Under the pieces are notes generated by a model. The model saw only the letters and a program-made list of their open reading frames with translations, made no database searches and was not told where the DNA came from. From assembly GCA_019894885.1 (NCBI GenBank), contig JAGXNP010000001.1, positions 1 through 53,103 of the forward strand: 53,103 bases of DNA, given 5' to 3'. Positions within the stretch are counted from its first letter, which is position 1. Every line of letters begins with the position of its first letter. This stretch comes from Promethearchaeota archaeon. Lineage in GTDB: Archaea; Asgardarchaeota; Lokiarchaeia; Sigyniarchaeales; SOKP01. Made by a program: the position numbers and the translations under genes. Positions 9,475 to 18,925 of this stretch are shown in pieces.

Positions 9475-10095
9475 ATGGAAGTAAAGAGCTATAATTTATT
9501 GAATGTAGGGGTAGGAGGTCAAGGCGTAATTAGAGCAGCACAAATACTTTCATATGCTGCGCTGTTAGATGATTATAAGGTTAGAACTGCTGAAACTCAT
9601 GGTATGGCACAAAGGGGCGGTTCAGTTGCATCATATCTTCGATTTGGAACTGAAGTAGAAGGTCCATTAATTCCTCGGGGGAAAACAAACACAATTTTAG
9701 CTTTTGAAGCTAGCGAAGCTGTTAGAATTTTTAATTATGCTGGGCCAGAAACTGTGTTTCTGATAAATGAAAGCATAATAGTTCCACCAATGATTCATCA
9801 AATGGGAATGGACTACCCAAAGTTAACAGAGATACGCACTTTCTTGAAAGAAGTGTCAGTACATCTCTATTTTATTGAAGGTGTAGAGATTGCTACAAGT
9901 GTGGGGAATGTTCGAACTATGAATGTTGTAATGTTGGGAGCCTTAATAGGATTAGATGTAATACCGCTTAAAAAAGAAACTCTTGAGAAAGCTATCTTAA
10001 GTTATCTACCTTCAAAGTTGCATGATATAAACAAGAAAGCATTTGAAATTGGAATTGAAAAAGGTATAGAATTAAGGGGGGGTTCCATTGATTAG
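9475..10095 (+). CDS. iorB: Indolepyruvate:ferredoxin oxidoreductase beta subunit
   Basis: VGGQGVIRAAQIL...ETHGMAQRGGSV, typical of the 2-oxoacid:ferredoxin oxidoreductase gamma/IorB fold. It lies directly upstream of iorA. Confidence 0.85.
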   Translation: MEVKSYNLLNVGVGGQGVIRAAQILSYAALLDDYKVRTAETHGMAQRGGSVASYLRFGTEVEGPLIPRGKTNTILAFEASEAVRIFNYAGPETVFLINESIIVPPMIHQMGMDYPKLTEIRTFLKEVSVHLYFIEGVEIATSVGNVRTMNVVMLGALIGLDVIPLKKETLEKAILSYLPSKLHDINKKAFEIGIEKGIELRGGSID

Positions 10096-11992
10096 ACCAG
10101 AATTTGCTGAGGAGAATCCAGGAAAAAAAATAATAATGTTGGGAAATGAGGCAATCGCCAGAGGAATTCTAGAAGCGGGAGTTGTAATTGGTGCGGGTTA
10201 TCCAGGCACGCCTTCATCAGAAATATTACTAACATTAGCGGAAATGCAAAAGTTTTATCCCCACCTCAAATTAGAATGGAGCGTAAATGAAAAAGTAGGT
10301 TTTGAGGTTGCATACGGCGGTTCGATGTCGAACGTACGTTCAGTTGCAGTTATGAAGCATGTTGGAGTCAATGTTGCATCAGATGCCTTCATGACAGCAT
10401 GTTATGCAGGAGCGAGAGGTGGAATGGTTTTGATCTCGGCAGACGATCCTAATTGTTATTCCTCTCAAAATGAACAAGATAACAGATACTTTGGATTACA
10501 TGCTCTTGTGCCTGTCTTTGAACCTTCAACTCCACAGGAAGCAAAAGACATGATAAAGTACGCATTTGATTTTTCAGAAGAATACCAGTCCTTAGTGTTG
10601 TTCCGCACTACAACTAGGTTAAATCACGGGAGAGCAGATGTAATACTTGGAGAAGTGAAAGTTATAGATCGTGATTATGGGTTTGATTGGGACCGCTCCA
10701 GATGGGTTTGTTTGCCTTCTCACTCACGAGTATTACGTTTGAGGTTGTTGGAAAGATTAGAAGAGATTTCCAATTATGCTGATGAGTTTCCGTTTAATTC
10801 ACTAAAATTATCGGGGAAAAAAATTAACGGTATAAAATATGGATTTGTTGCAGCAGGAGTACCATATTCTCAGTTGTTAGATGCCCTTAATTACTACGGT
10901 ATTGCTGATAAAGTTTCAATTTTAAAACTTGGATTAGTTTTTCCTCCACCTAAGGAGTTAATAAAGAAATTATTTGCTTACTCAGACGAAATCGTAGTAG
11001 TGGAGGAACTCGAACCTTTCCTTGAAAATATCATGAAGCAAATTGCGTTTGAAGAAGGCTACTCAAAAGAGTTAACTATTCATGGTAAAGATATTTTTCC
11101 CCAAAATGGAGAATTTTCTGGAGAAATCTACTTAGAAAATATTGCTCGGTTGATTGGTTTATCTTATAAGAAAGTTTCTGTTCCTGAAAACATATTAATT
11201 ATCCCTCCAAGGCTTCCCATCTTATGTCCGGGCTGTGGACATCGATCGACATTCTATGCGATTAATCAAGTAGAAAAGATGATGAAGACTAAATTTGTGA
11301 ACTCATCTGACATTGGTTGTTATACTCTCGCAGTTTACAAACCATTAGAGGGAATAGACACAGAAGTGTGCATGGGAGGCTCAATTGGTTTAGCAAACGG
11401 AATTGCGAAAGTTCAAAGTTTAGATAATCCCGTCTTGGCAATTTTAGGTGATTCTACATTTTTCCATTCTGGGATTCCAGCTTTGATCAATGCTGTATTT
11501 AACAAAAATAATATGCTAGTCGTTATTTTGGATAACAGATCAACAAGTATGACGGGTTTTCAAGATAACCCAGGTACAGGTATTACCATCACTAACGAAC
11601 CCGGTACACACATTGTTCTAGAAGATCTTGTGAAAGGTTGTGGCGTCTCTCCCGAGAAGATCTGGGTTGAAGATGCTTATAAATTGAACGAGACAATTGA
11701 AAAGCTTGAAGAAGCAGTCAAGACAGAGGGAGTTCGAGTTTTCATTTCTCGACATTTATGTTCCTTAGTAGAGTCTAACCAATTTCGGGCTCAACAAATT
11801 ATAACACCCTCCATATTGGTAGATCAAGAAAAATGCAATGGTTGTTTGATATGTGTTAATAAATTTGGGTGTCAAGCATTAAATTTTAATGAGGTTTATA
11901 AAAACGTTACAATTGAGAGTTCTGAATGTAGGGGGTGCAAAGTGTGTATAGATGTTTGTCCCCAACATGCGATATATGAGGAGATTGAATAA
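10088..11992 (+). CDS. iorA: Indolepyruvate:ferredoxin oxidoreductase alpha subunit
   Basis: LGNEAIARGILEAGV...GYPGTPSSE N-terminus, TPP motif GDSTFFHSG, and a C-terminal 2x[4Fe-4S] region (CNGCLICV..., CRGCKVCIDVCP). The TTG start overlaps iorB by 8 nt. An alternative ATG lies at 10136. Confidence 0.9.
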   Translation: MIRPEFAEENPGKKIIMLGNEAIARGILEAGVVIGAGYPGTPSSEILLTLAEMQKFYPHLKLEWSVNEKVGFEVAYGGSMSNVRSVAVMKHVGVNVASDAFMTACYAGARGGMVLISADDPNCYSSQNEQDNRYFGLHALVPVFEPSTPQEAKDMIKYAFDFSEEYQSLVLFRTTTRLNHGRADVILGEVKVIDRDYGFDWDRSRWVCLPSHSRVLRLRLLERLEEISNYADEFPFNSLKLSGKKINGIKYGFVAAGVPYSQLLDALNYYGIADKVSILKLGLVFPPPKELIKKLFAYSDEIVVVEELEPFLENIMKQIAFEEGYSKELTIHGKDIFPQNGEFSGEIYLENIARLIGLSYKKVSVPENILIIPPRLPILCPGCGHRSTFYAINQVEKMMKTKFVNSSDIGCYTLAVYKPLEGIDTEVCMGGSIGLANGIAKVQSLDNPVLAILGDSTFFHSGIPALINAVFNKNNMLVVILDNRSTSMTGFQDNPGTGITITNEPGTHIVLEDLVKGCGVSPEKIWVEDAYKLNETIEKLEEAVKTEGVRVFISRHLCSLVESNQFRAQQIITPSILVDQEKCNGCLICVNKFGCQALNFNEVYKNVTIESSECRGCKVCIDVCPQHAIYEEIE

Positions 11993-11995
11993 AAC

Positions 11996-13363
11996 ATGAT
12001 TTCTCTTTTTTTTTTCCCCAAAACTATTGCTATCATCGGTGCGACTGCTAATCCAAAAAAGTTTGGAAATGCTGTTACCATAAATATTCTTCAAAACAAA
12101 GACCTTGCTAGTGAATTATATCTTATAACTCAAAATAATAAGGAAATTCTTGGAATTAAATGTTATAAAAGCATTTTAGATATTCATAAAGACATCGATC
12201 TAGCAATAATTTTAGTTCCTGCTAAAGCAGTAATCAGTGTAATTGATGAATGTATTGAAAAGCATGTAAAATGTGTAATAATTATAACTGCTGGGTTTGG
12301 AGAAATTAATCAAGAAGGTAAAAAAGCTGAAGAATTAATTGCACAAAAATGTAAAATAGCGAGAATTCGAGTTATGGGACCAAATTGCGTTGGAATACAA
12401 AATCTTGATATCGGCCTTAACGCTTCTTTTATACAAGCAGCTCCATGTGGGAATATTAGCATGATTAGTCAATCAGGTTCATTTAGCTGTGCTAGTTTTT
12501 ATGCTATGGATCGAGAAAATATCGGTTGCTCTAAATTTGCGAATATCGGGAATAGTATTGATGTTTCATTTGATGAAATTCTTAAATTTTATAAAGAGGA
12601 TGCGAACACAAAAATAATATGTATCTACATGGAAACAGTTGAGGGAGGAAGGATACTATTAAATACGCTAAAAACAATTGTTCCTATTAAACCAGTTATC
12701 ATTTTAAAGGGAGGTCGAACTCCATCGGGGATGAAAGCTGCAAGTAGTCACACAGGTTCAATAGCCACAAACTATAAAATGTTGAAAACTTCTATGCAAC
12801 AAGCAGGAGCAACATTATGTGAAAATGCTACTGATTTTATTACCGCTTTAAAAGCATTTTCATTTTTACCCAACGCTAAGGGTGAAAGAATAGGAGTTTT
12901 GACGAATAGTGGTGGAAGTTCTGTTTTGTTTAGCGATAAGGTAGAAGAGTTTAATCTAAGATTAGCTGAGTTTTCCGATGCTCTCATAGAAAAAATTCAA
13001 CCCTATTTGATTTCGCTTGTTAAAATTCAGAATCCTCTTGACATGATAGGCGTAGCTGCTGAGCAACAGTATTACGAGATAACAAAAGCTATGTTGGAAG
13101 ATTCAGGTATAGATATAGTTGTCCCATGTTTGGTTATTCCCCCATTCTTAGAAATGAAATCTGATGAACACTTTAGGGGAATGATAAGAGCTTGGAATGA
13201 AACGGGAAGATTAAAACCATTGGTGCCTTTAGTTTTTTTTGGAGAAAATTTCATTGATCTAAAGGAACTTGCTAAAAAAGAGGAAGCACCCGTGTTTTAT
13301 ACTCCAACGGAGGCAGCTTATGCGATAAAAGTGCTGTTAGATCGCATGAAATTAAAAATATAG
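11996..13363 (+). CDS. acdA: ADP-forming acyl-CoA synthetase, alpha (CoA-binding/phosphohistidine) subunit-like
   Basis: FFPKTIAIIGAT CoA-binding N-terminus, MGPNCVGI, and the phosphohistidine loop AASSHTGSIA. It starts 4 nt after the iorA stop. Confidence 0.8.
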   Translation: MISLFFFPKTIAIIGATANPKKFGNAVTINILQNKDLASELYLITQNNKEILGIKCYKSILDIHKDIDLAIILVPAKAVISVIDECIEKHVKCVIIITAGFGEINQEGKKAEELIAQKCKIARIRVMGPNCVGIQNLDIGLNASFIQAAPCGNISMISQSGSFSCASFYAMDRENIGCSKFANIGNSIDVSFDEILKFYKEDANTKIICIYMETVEGGRILLNTLKTIVPIKPVIILKGGRTPSGMKAASSHTGSIATNYKMLKTSMQQAGATLCENATDFITALKAFSFLPNAKGERIGVLTNSGGSSVLFSDKVEEFNLRLAEFSDALIEKIQPYLISLVKIQNPLDMIGVAAEQQYYEITKAMLEDSGIDIVVPCLVIPPFLEMKSDEHFRGMIRAWNETGRLKPLVPLVFFGENFIDLKELAKKEEAPVFYTPTEAAYAIKVLLDRMKLKI

Positions 13364-13401
13364 GATCTAAATTTAAAAAATGGTAATTTTAGAATTTTAA
13401 C

Positions 13402-13824
13402 TTATTTGAAATCTTCCATCACTTCAAAACCATGCTCTTTTAAAACATTTATTCCTTTTTCGTTATCATCTAGTCTCAGAACTGTCATTGTACTTATTTC
13501 TGACGACTTTTCTGCAAAAGTATACATATATTCGATATTTATATTGTGATTTCCAAGGGTTTTAGCGATATTATACAATTGAGTGATGTTATCTGATAAC
13601 TTTACAGCGATAACTTCCGTTACTGAATGTAAATAATCTTTATCTTCTAATAATTCAATACATTTCTCATAGGGGTTGACCAGGAGTAATAGTAATCCAT
13701 AATCTTCTGTTTCAGCAACAGTTAAAGATCTTATGTATATTTTATTGCTCATTAGAAATTCAAAGAAATTAGCTAATTGCCCTGGTTTATTTGGGAGGAA
13801 CACAGATATTTGTTTTAACGGCAT
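13402..13824 (-). CDS. ACT-domain (small-ligand binding) protein
   Basis: Two beta-alpha-beta-beta-alpha-beta-like halves. The N-terminus ISVFLPNKPGQLANFFEFL is typical of ACT domains. Confidence 0.6.
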   Translation of the reverse strand: MPLKQISVFLPNKPGQLANFFEFLMSNKIYIRSLTVAETEDYGLLLLLVNPYEKCIELLEDKDYLHSVTEVIAVKLSDNITQLYNIAKTLGNHNINIEYMYTFAEKSSEISTMTVLRLDDNEKGINVLKEHGFEVMEDFK

Positions 13825-14141
13825 TTTTTTTGTTCACATGGAATCTATTTTATTTAGTAATTTCATCTTAAAATGATATTTTTACTTAAATTATTTGAAA
13901 TTTAGATTGTTTAAAAATGATTCTGAATGAAAATATAAAAAAATAGGATAGTTTATTGCTTAATTTTTAATCCAGTTAAAAAACAGATATCCCTTTATAA
14001 TGCTAAAACCATAATCTATTATTTGAAATGTTTTGGAATATTTTTACAAAATTGTGTTCGAGATTAATAAAAATAGATGCAAATTATATTCCACCCTAGA
14101 TTAAAAAATATCGGTTTTGTTTTTATTATAAAAGAAGTTAG

Positions 14142-14546
14142 CTATTTATCTGCATACTCTTTTTTCATTTCTTCAAAAAGCTTCTTATATTCTTCGATAT
14201 ACTTTTCTTCGTTAGTTTCTTCTATCTTCTTGAGGAGTTCGACAGATTTATTTAATGTGGTAGAAGTTTTCTTAATTTTATCGAAGTAGATTTGTTTAAT
14301 TTGTTGAGATTTAGCACCTCTCAATGAATTTTTGTACCCCTTAATAGAACTTTCAATTTCTTTTTGAGATTCTTTAACTGAGTCTGTCAGTTGCCTTTTT
14401 CGCTGTTCTAACCTAATACAGTTATCACATACCAAATTATCGGATGATTTTTGTCCCTTCTTTATCATAAAAGCATTTCCACACCGAGAGCATACTACGA
14501 GAGCAACAATCAGTTTATCTTCGTTAGAGTCAGGCATAAATGACAA
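14142..14546 (-). CDS. Hypothetical zinc-ribbon plus coiled-coil protein
   Basis: CSRCGN...CDNC four-Cys ribbon followed by a K/E-rich heptad-like tail. Confidence 0.5.
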   Translation of the reverse strand: MSFMPDSNEDKLIVALVVCSRCGNAFMIKKGQKSSDNLVCDNCIRLEQRKRQLTDSVKESQKEIESSIKGYKNSLRGAKSQQIKQIYFDKIKKTSTTLNKSVELLKKIEETNEEKYIEEYKKLFEEMKKEYADK

Positions 14547-14681
14547 CTATTTTATTTTAAAATAATATAATTACTAATCTAATAACTTTTTTATAATTTA
14601 ATTATTGATTTTTCTTTCATTTTTGTTATAAAGATTCTCTTTCTCATTTTTAAAAAAATTTATGATGAATGAGTAATTTAC

Positions 14682-15491
14682 TTGCCTATGGAATTATCTT
14701 TCTCACTAATTTCTTTATTACTGATACTGGGACTACTATCTGGTGCTATTTCTGCTATTGCGGGTATAGGAGGAGGAGTCTTTTTTGTATCAATATTGAC
14801 TCTTCTTTTTTTTATCCCTATTAACATCGCTGTCGATACGAGTACTTTTATAATTCTTTTTTCTTCTTTAGCAGGCTTTATAACCTATTTACGACAAAAG
14901 AGGACGGCTTTTAAACTTTCGTTAATTTTTAGCAGTTTCTCCATATTGGGCAGTGTATTAGCCTCTGTTATCTTTTCTATTATAAATATCGATAATTCCA
15001 TCTTAAAACTTTTATTTGCAGCAACACTACTTATTGCTGGATTAAACATGATATACAAGGCTAGAAAATCAAAGAATCATAACAATAAACAGGAAATTAA
15101 CCATGCCGAGTTTTCCTTAAATAATCAAGATGATAAATTAAATTTTAAGAAATCTATACCGCTTTTCATCTCAGCGGGATTTACAGCAAATTTATTAGGT
15201 ATTGGTGGCGGAATCATAAACACACCATCGCTAAACATAGTTCTAAATTTTCCTATTCATAATTCTACGGCTATCTCGACATCTATAATATTTTTTACTG
15301 CAATTTACAATACATTGATAAAAAGCGTTATTGGTCAGATTGATTACTCAATTGGGTTAATTATTGCTATCGGTGCTATACTTGGTTCAATCCTAGGGGC
15401 TAAAATTTCCAAAAAGATACCTAAAGTTTTATTACAATTTTTCGTGGCCGCTGTGCTTATAGCTTTAGCTTTAAGAATGTTCTTCTATTAG
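14682..15491 (+). CDS. TauE/SafE (TSUP) family anion permease
   Basis: Polytopic protein with an internal duplication. Each half carries GIGGG (IAGIGGGVFF, LGIGGGIINTP). Confidence 0.8.
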   Translation: MPMELSFSLISLLLILGLLSGAISAIAGIGGGVFFVSILTLLFFIPINIAVDTSTFIILFSSLAGFITYLRQKRTAFKLSLIFSSFSILGSVLASVIFSIINIDNSILKLLFAATLLIAGLNMIYKARKSKNHNNKQEINHAEFSLNNQDDKLNFKKSIPLFISAGFTANLLGIGGGIINTPSLNIVLNFPIHNSTAISTSIIFFTAIYNTLIKSVIGQIDYSIGLIIAIGAILGSILGAKISKKIPKVLLQFFVAAVLIALALRMFFY

Positions 15492-15582
15492 AATTTAATA
15501 AATTTTTAGTATTTTACAAAATTGATATAATATTAAGAAATTTATTTATTAATTAAAGAAGAAAAATATTTGGAGATATATA

Positions 15583-16374
15583 ATGGAAAGTACAGTGTTG
15601 TTAGATATAAAAGATGATATCGCAATCGTAACTCTACATAATCCTGAGAATTTTAATCCTTTAAATAAATCGACAGGAGAAAAGTTATTAGAAACTATTG
15701 AATCTTTAAAGGATAATGAGGATGTCAGATGTGTGATAATAACGGGATCTGGAAAAGCGTTTTCTGCGGGAGGTGATATAAAACAGTTTAAATCTAGCAT
15801 TGAAAACGGAACCTCAGGTCAAGTTATGGACGATTTAACGAAGGATCTTTATAAAATTGCGATAATTTTACGCGTTTATCCTAAACCGGTGATAGCGGCT
15901 GTAAATGGATGGGCAGTAGGGGCAGGAATGAATCTTGCTCTGTCCTGTGATTTAATAATTGCTTCAGAAAAAGCGAGGTTTAGACAATCTTTTAGTAAGC
16001 TTGCTTTAATTCCTGGGTTCGCTGGAACTATTTTGCTTAGCCGTCAGCTCACCTGGCAGCAAGCCTGTCAAATGGCGTTTTTTGGAGATACATATTCTGC
16101 TGAAGAAATGAAAATGCTCGGTTTAGTTAATAAAATCGTACCTCCCGAAAAATTAAAGGAAGTTTCTATTGAATGGGCTCAAATTCTTGCTAGCGGACCC
16201 ACATTGACTTTTGCGAGAACCAAGAAACTATTCTTTGACGCTCTTAGTACTCCCTTAGAAGAACATTTAGAGAATGAGCGACAAATGCAAGTTAAATCGG
16301 CAGAATCCGAAGATTATAAAATTGGTGTATTTGCTCTAAACGAAAAAAAGGAACCGAAATTTGTTGGAAATTAG
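15583..16374 (+). CDS. Enoyl-CoA hydratase/isomerase family protein (divergent active site)
   Basis: KAFSAGGDI and VIAAVNGWAVGAGMNLALSCDLIIAS. The first catalytic Glu position is Asn, so it may not be a hydratase. Confidence 0.85.
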   Translation: MESTVLLDIKDDIAIVTLHNPENFNPLNKSTGEKLLETIESLKDNEDVRCVIITGSGKAFSAGGDIKQFKSSIENGTSGQVMDDLTKDLYKIAIILRVYPKPVIAAVNGWAVGAGMNLALSCDLIIASEKARFRQSFSKLALIPGFAGTILLSRQLTWQQACQMAFFGDTYSAEEMKMLGLVNKIVPPEKLKEVSIEWAQILASGPTLTFARTKKLFFDALSTPLEEHLENERQMQVKSAESEDYKIGVFALNEKKEPKFVGN

Positions 16375-16431
16375 GAAAATCCTAAATTTTTTTACTTTAT
16401 TAATTATTAATTCATTATAATATATCTTAAC

Positions 16432-17259
16432 GTGATTCTTTCTATGAGTAACGGATTTAGATTATTAAGAATTGAATACATTTTTAGCGTACTAGTACCC
16501 TGTTTACTAAGTATTTATCTAAATAATTACGAGGTCATTAATCACATATGGATATTGGCGGGATTTGCCTTTTATGCTATTACTGGGAATGCTCTGAACG
16601 ATGTTATAGATATGAAAGATCCAAACGAAAAAGAAACGCTCAAAAGAGTCCAAGGTTATAATCGTAAAGAAATTTTAACAATTTCGTTAGCAACTTTCTT
16701 AATAGGGACTCTTTGCTTTATGAATAGTATTATAGTATATCCAATTTTAGGTATTTATTTAGTAATCATAGTTATTATGGTAATTTTTTACTGTCTGTTC
16801 AAATCACTTGTTATCGTTAACCATATCATTTTAGGCATTTCGCACATCGTTTTACCATGGTGGATGATCAAAATAAATGCTGGCGATATAATTTTAGGTT
16901 TTTTCCCCGTTCTATCTGTTTTTGAGTTATTAATACTACTCTCAGTGGCATCCGTAGGTTATACGGGTCAAATGCTGCACGAGTTAATTGATGGAGATTC
17001 CTTATCAAAGTTATCTCCAAAGGCTTCTCAATTGGTAATTTGGATTGCTTCCGTTGTATCGCTAACAATAGCGATAATCTCGTTGATCATTACACAATTC
17101 ATTATATTTCTACCAATAATTTTCTTTCCTTTTGGAATCATGTATATATTCAGGAAACCTCGTAAAGATTTATTAGGCCGAACCTCGCTAAAGAATGTAG
17201 GTATTATACTAGGAAATCTGATACTTGTTTATATCGTCGTTTTAATTATAGCACCATAG
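16432..17259 (+). CDS. UbiA-family integral membrane prenyltransferase
   Basis: NALNDVIDMKD (NxxxDxxxD) after TM2, with about 8 TM segments. GTG start, with an alternative ATG at 16444. Confidence 0.75.
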   Translation: MILSMSNGFRLLRIEYIFSVLVPCLLSIYLNNYEVINHIWILAGFAFYAITGNALNDVIDMKDPNEKETLKRVQGYNRKEILTISLATFLIGTLCFMNSIIVYPILGIYLVIIVIMVIFYCLFKSLVIVNHIILGISHIVLPWWMIKINAGDIILGFFPVLSVFELLILLSVASVGYTGQMLHELIDGDSLSKLSPKASQLVIWIASVVSLTIAIISLIITQFIIFLPIIFFPFGIMYIFRKPRKDLLGRTSLKNVGIILGNLILVYIVVLIIAP

Positions 17260-17299
17260 TAATGCTTTAAAAGTAAATGTTCGAAGAAATTAAGATATT

Positions 17300-18658
17300 A
17301 TGAGTAGTAAGAGAATTCCAGCATTTAGAGAAGATTTATGTGATTTATGTGGGCTTTGTTTTAACTTGTGCCCCGTTCTGAAACTTTCTTTGGAAGAAGC
17401 AAAAGAGGAAATTCATAACTTAATCAAAGGTCAAAAATCGAAATATGTTCTTAGTAAATGCAACACCTGTTTATCATGTAATCTATATTGTCCACAGAAC
17501 GCTAATCCATATCAATTGATACTTGAACGATGGAACGATCTTTATATAAAAAGAGGAGCGCCTCCTCTTTACTGTTTTGTCTGTCCTACCGAAGATAGAA
17601 ATATCTGGCAGCTATTGAATTTGTTTTTATCTAATCAAGAAAGAAGATGGATTCATAGATGGATGAATTACACACCTAAAAGCGAAGATACATTGCTATT
17701 AATCGGAAATTATACTCATTTATTACCGTTTATTATCGGAGGGAGTAGATTGCTAGACTACTTCAAACCCATAGATCGCATAGATCAATGGGAAGGTGGT
17801 GCTTATCTTTATCAAGGGGGGTATTTAGATGTAGTGCAGAAGATAGCTGAAAGAACTAAAAGAGAGTTTGATAGTTGGGGCGCAAAAAATATTGTTGCTT
17901 CTTTAGACGCTCTTGATCACCTATTCAATGAAGTCCATCCAAAGGAAATGGGAGTAAGGCATGAACAGAATTTTACTAATTTTCATCGATGGATTTCAGA
18001 CAATATTAACTCTGGAGAAATTTCTCTAACAAATAAACTTAATTTAACAGTAACAGTACACGATAACTGCTATTCTAAAGCAAATGGAATTGTATACTGG
18101 GAGCATCCTAGAAAAATTTTGAATAAATGCGGATGTTCCATAATTGAGATGAAGCATATTAAACAAGATTCATTATGTTGTGGATTTGGAGCAGGAGCCT
18201 CATGGGTAAAAAATATATCTCTACCTTTTGATATGATCTCTGAGGGCGCAAAAAAATTTAAAGAAGCTGAAGAAACTGGAGCAAAAGTACTGGTTTCTTA
18301 CTGTAGCGGATGCCTTTATTTAATGTGGGCTACAAAAGAATTATTTAGAAGTAAAATAGATTTGCTCCATATCGTAGAAGTTGTTAGAATGGCAATGGGT
18401 GAAAAATTGAATTACCCTAAAGATCATATTAAACGAGCTTGGGATATCATAGCAATTATAACTTATTCTTTGATGTTATCAACTTTTAAGAAAAACTTTT
18501 ATATAAGAAACATAACGTACGACAATGATTTTATCACATACAAACCAAAAAAGCATTTAATATTAAAACTGATAAGATATCTATTTGATTTTAAATTAAT
18601 TAGAATAGTCTATGCTAAACTGTTTCGACTAATGATGCCAATAATGAAGACTCAATAA
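17300..18658 (+). CDS. HdrD-like iron-sulfur protein with one intact CCG domain and a hydrophobic/basic C-terminal tail
   Basis: CDLCGLCFNLCP and CNTCLSCNLYCP, then DNC...CCGFGAG...YCSGC. The C-terminus WDIIAIITYSLMLSTF is followed by a K/R-rich segment. Confidence 0.75.
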   Translation: MSSKRIPAFREDLCDLCGLCFNLCPVLKLSLEEAKEEIHNLIKGQKSKYVLSKCNTCLSCNLYCPQNANPYQLILERWNDLYIKRGAPPLYCFVCPTEDRNIWQLLNLFLSNQERRWIHRWMNYTPKSEDTLLLIGNYTHLLPFIIGGSRLLDYFKPIDRIDQWEGGAYLYQGGYLDVVQKIAERTKREFDSWGAKNIVASLDALDHLFNEVHPKEMGVRHEQNFTNFHRWISDNINSGEISLTNKLNLTVTVHDNCYSKANGIVYWEHPRKILNKCGCSIIEMKHIKQDSLCCGFGAGASWVKNISLPFDMISEGAKKFKEAEETGAKVLVSYCSGCLYLMWATKELFRSKIDLLHIVEVVRMAMGEKLNYPKDHIKRAWDIIAIITYSLMLSTFKKNFYIRNITYDNDFITYKPKKHLILKLIRYLFDFKLIRIVYAKLFRLMMPIMKTQ

Positions 18659-18925
18659 ATTATAATTTTTTATTTTCCATATTGTTTAGTTATTAATAAA
18701 CTATTACTAAAAATTTATTAAAAGTAATAAATGAGTGAAAAAATTTTAATAATTTATGTAATTTTTTGAAATTTTTGTATTTATTTTAATTATAAGAGTA
18801 AAAATGATTTGTTAAAGACTTAAACCAAGTTTAAATAGATGAGTTCCCAATAATATCTTAATCCAATTTTTTAAACTAAAAAAATTGATGTACTTTATAT
18901 AAAAAAGTTACTGAACAAAGAAAGG

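Noticed and set aside
14661-14735. Box C-like ATGATGA with a CTGA about 66 nt downstream (C/D box sRNA?), and a second GTGATGA at 31286
   Set aside because: The first runs into the TauE coding sequence and lacks C'/D' boxes and a terminal stem. The second has no downstream CTGA. These are chance matches in AT-rich DNA.
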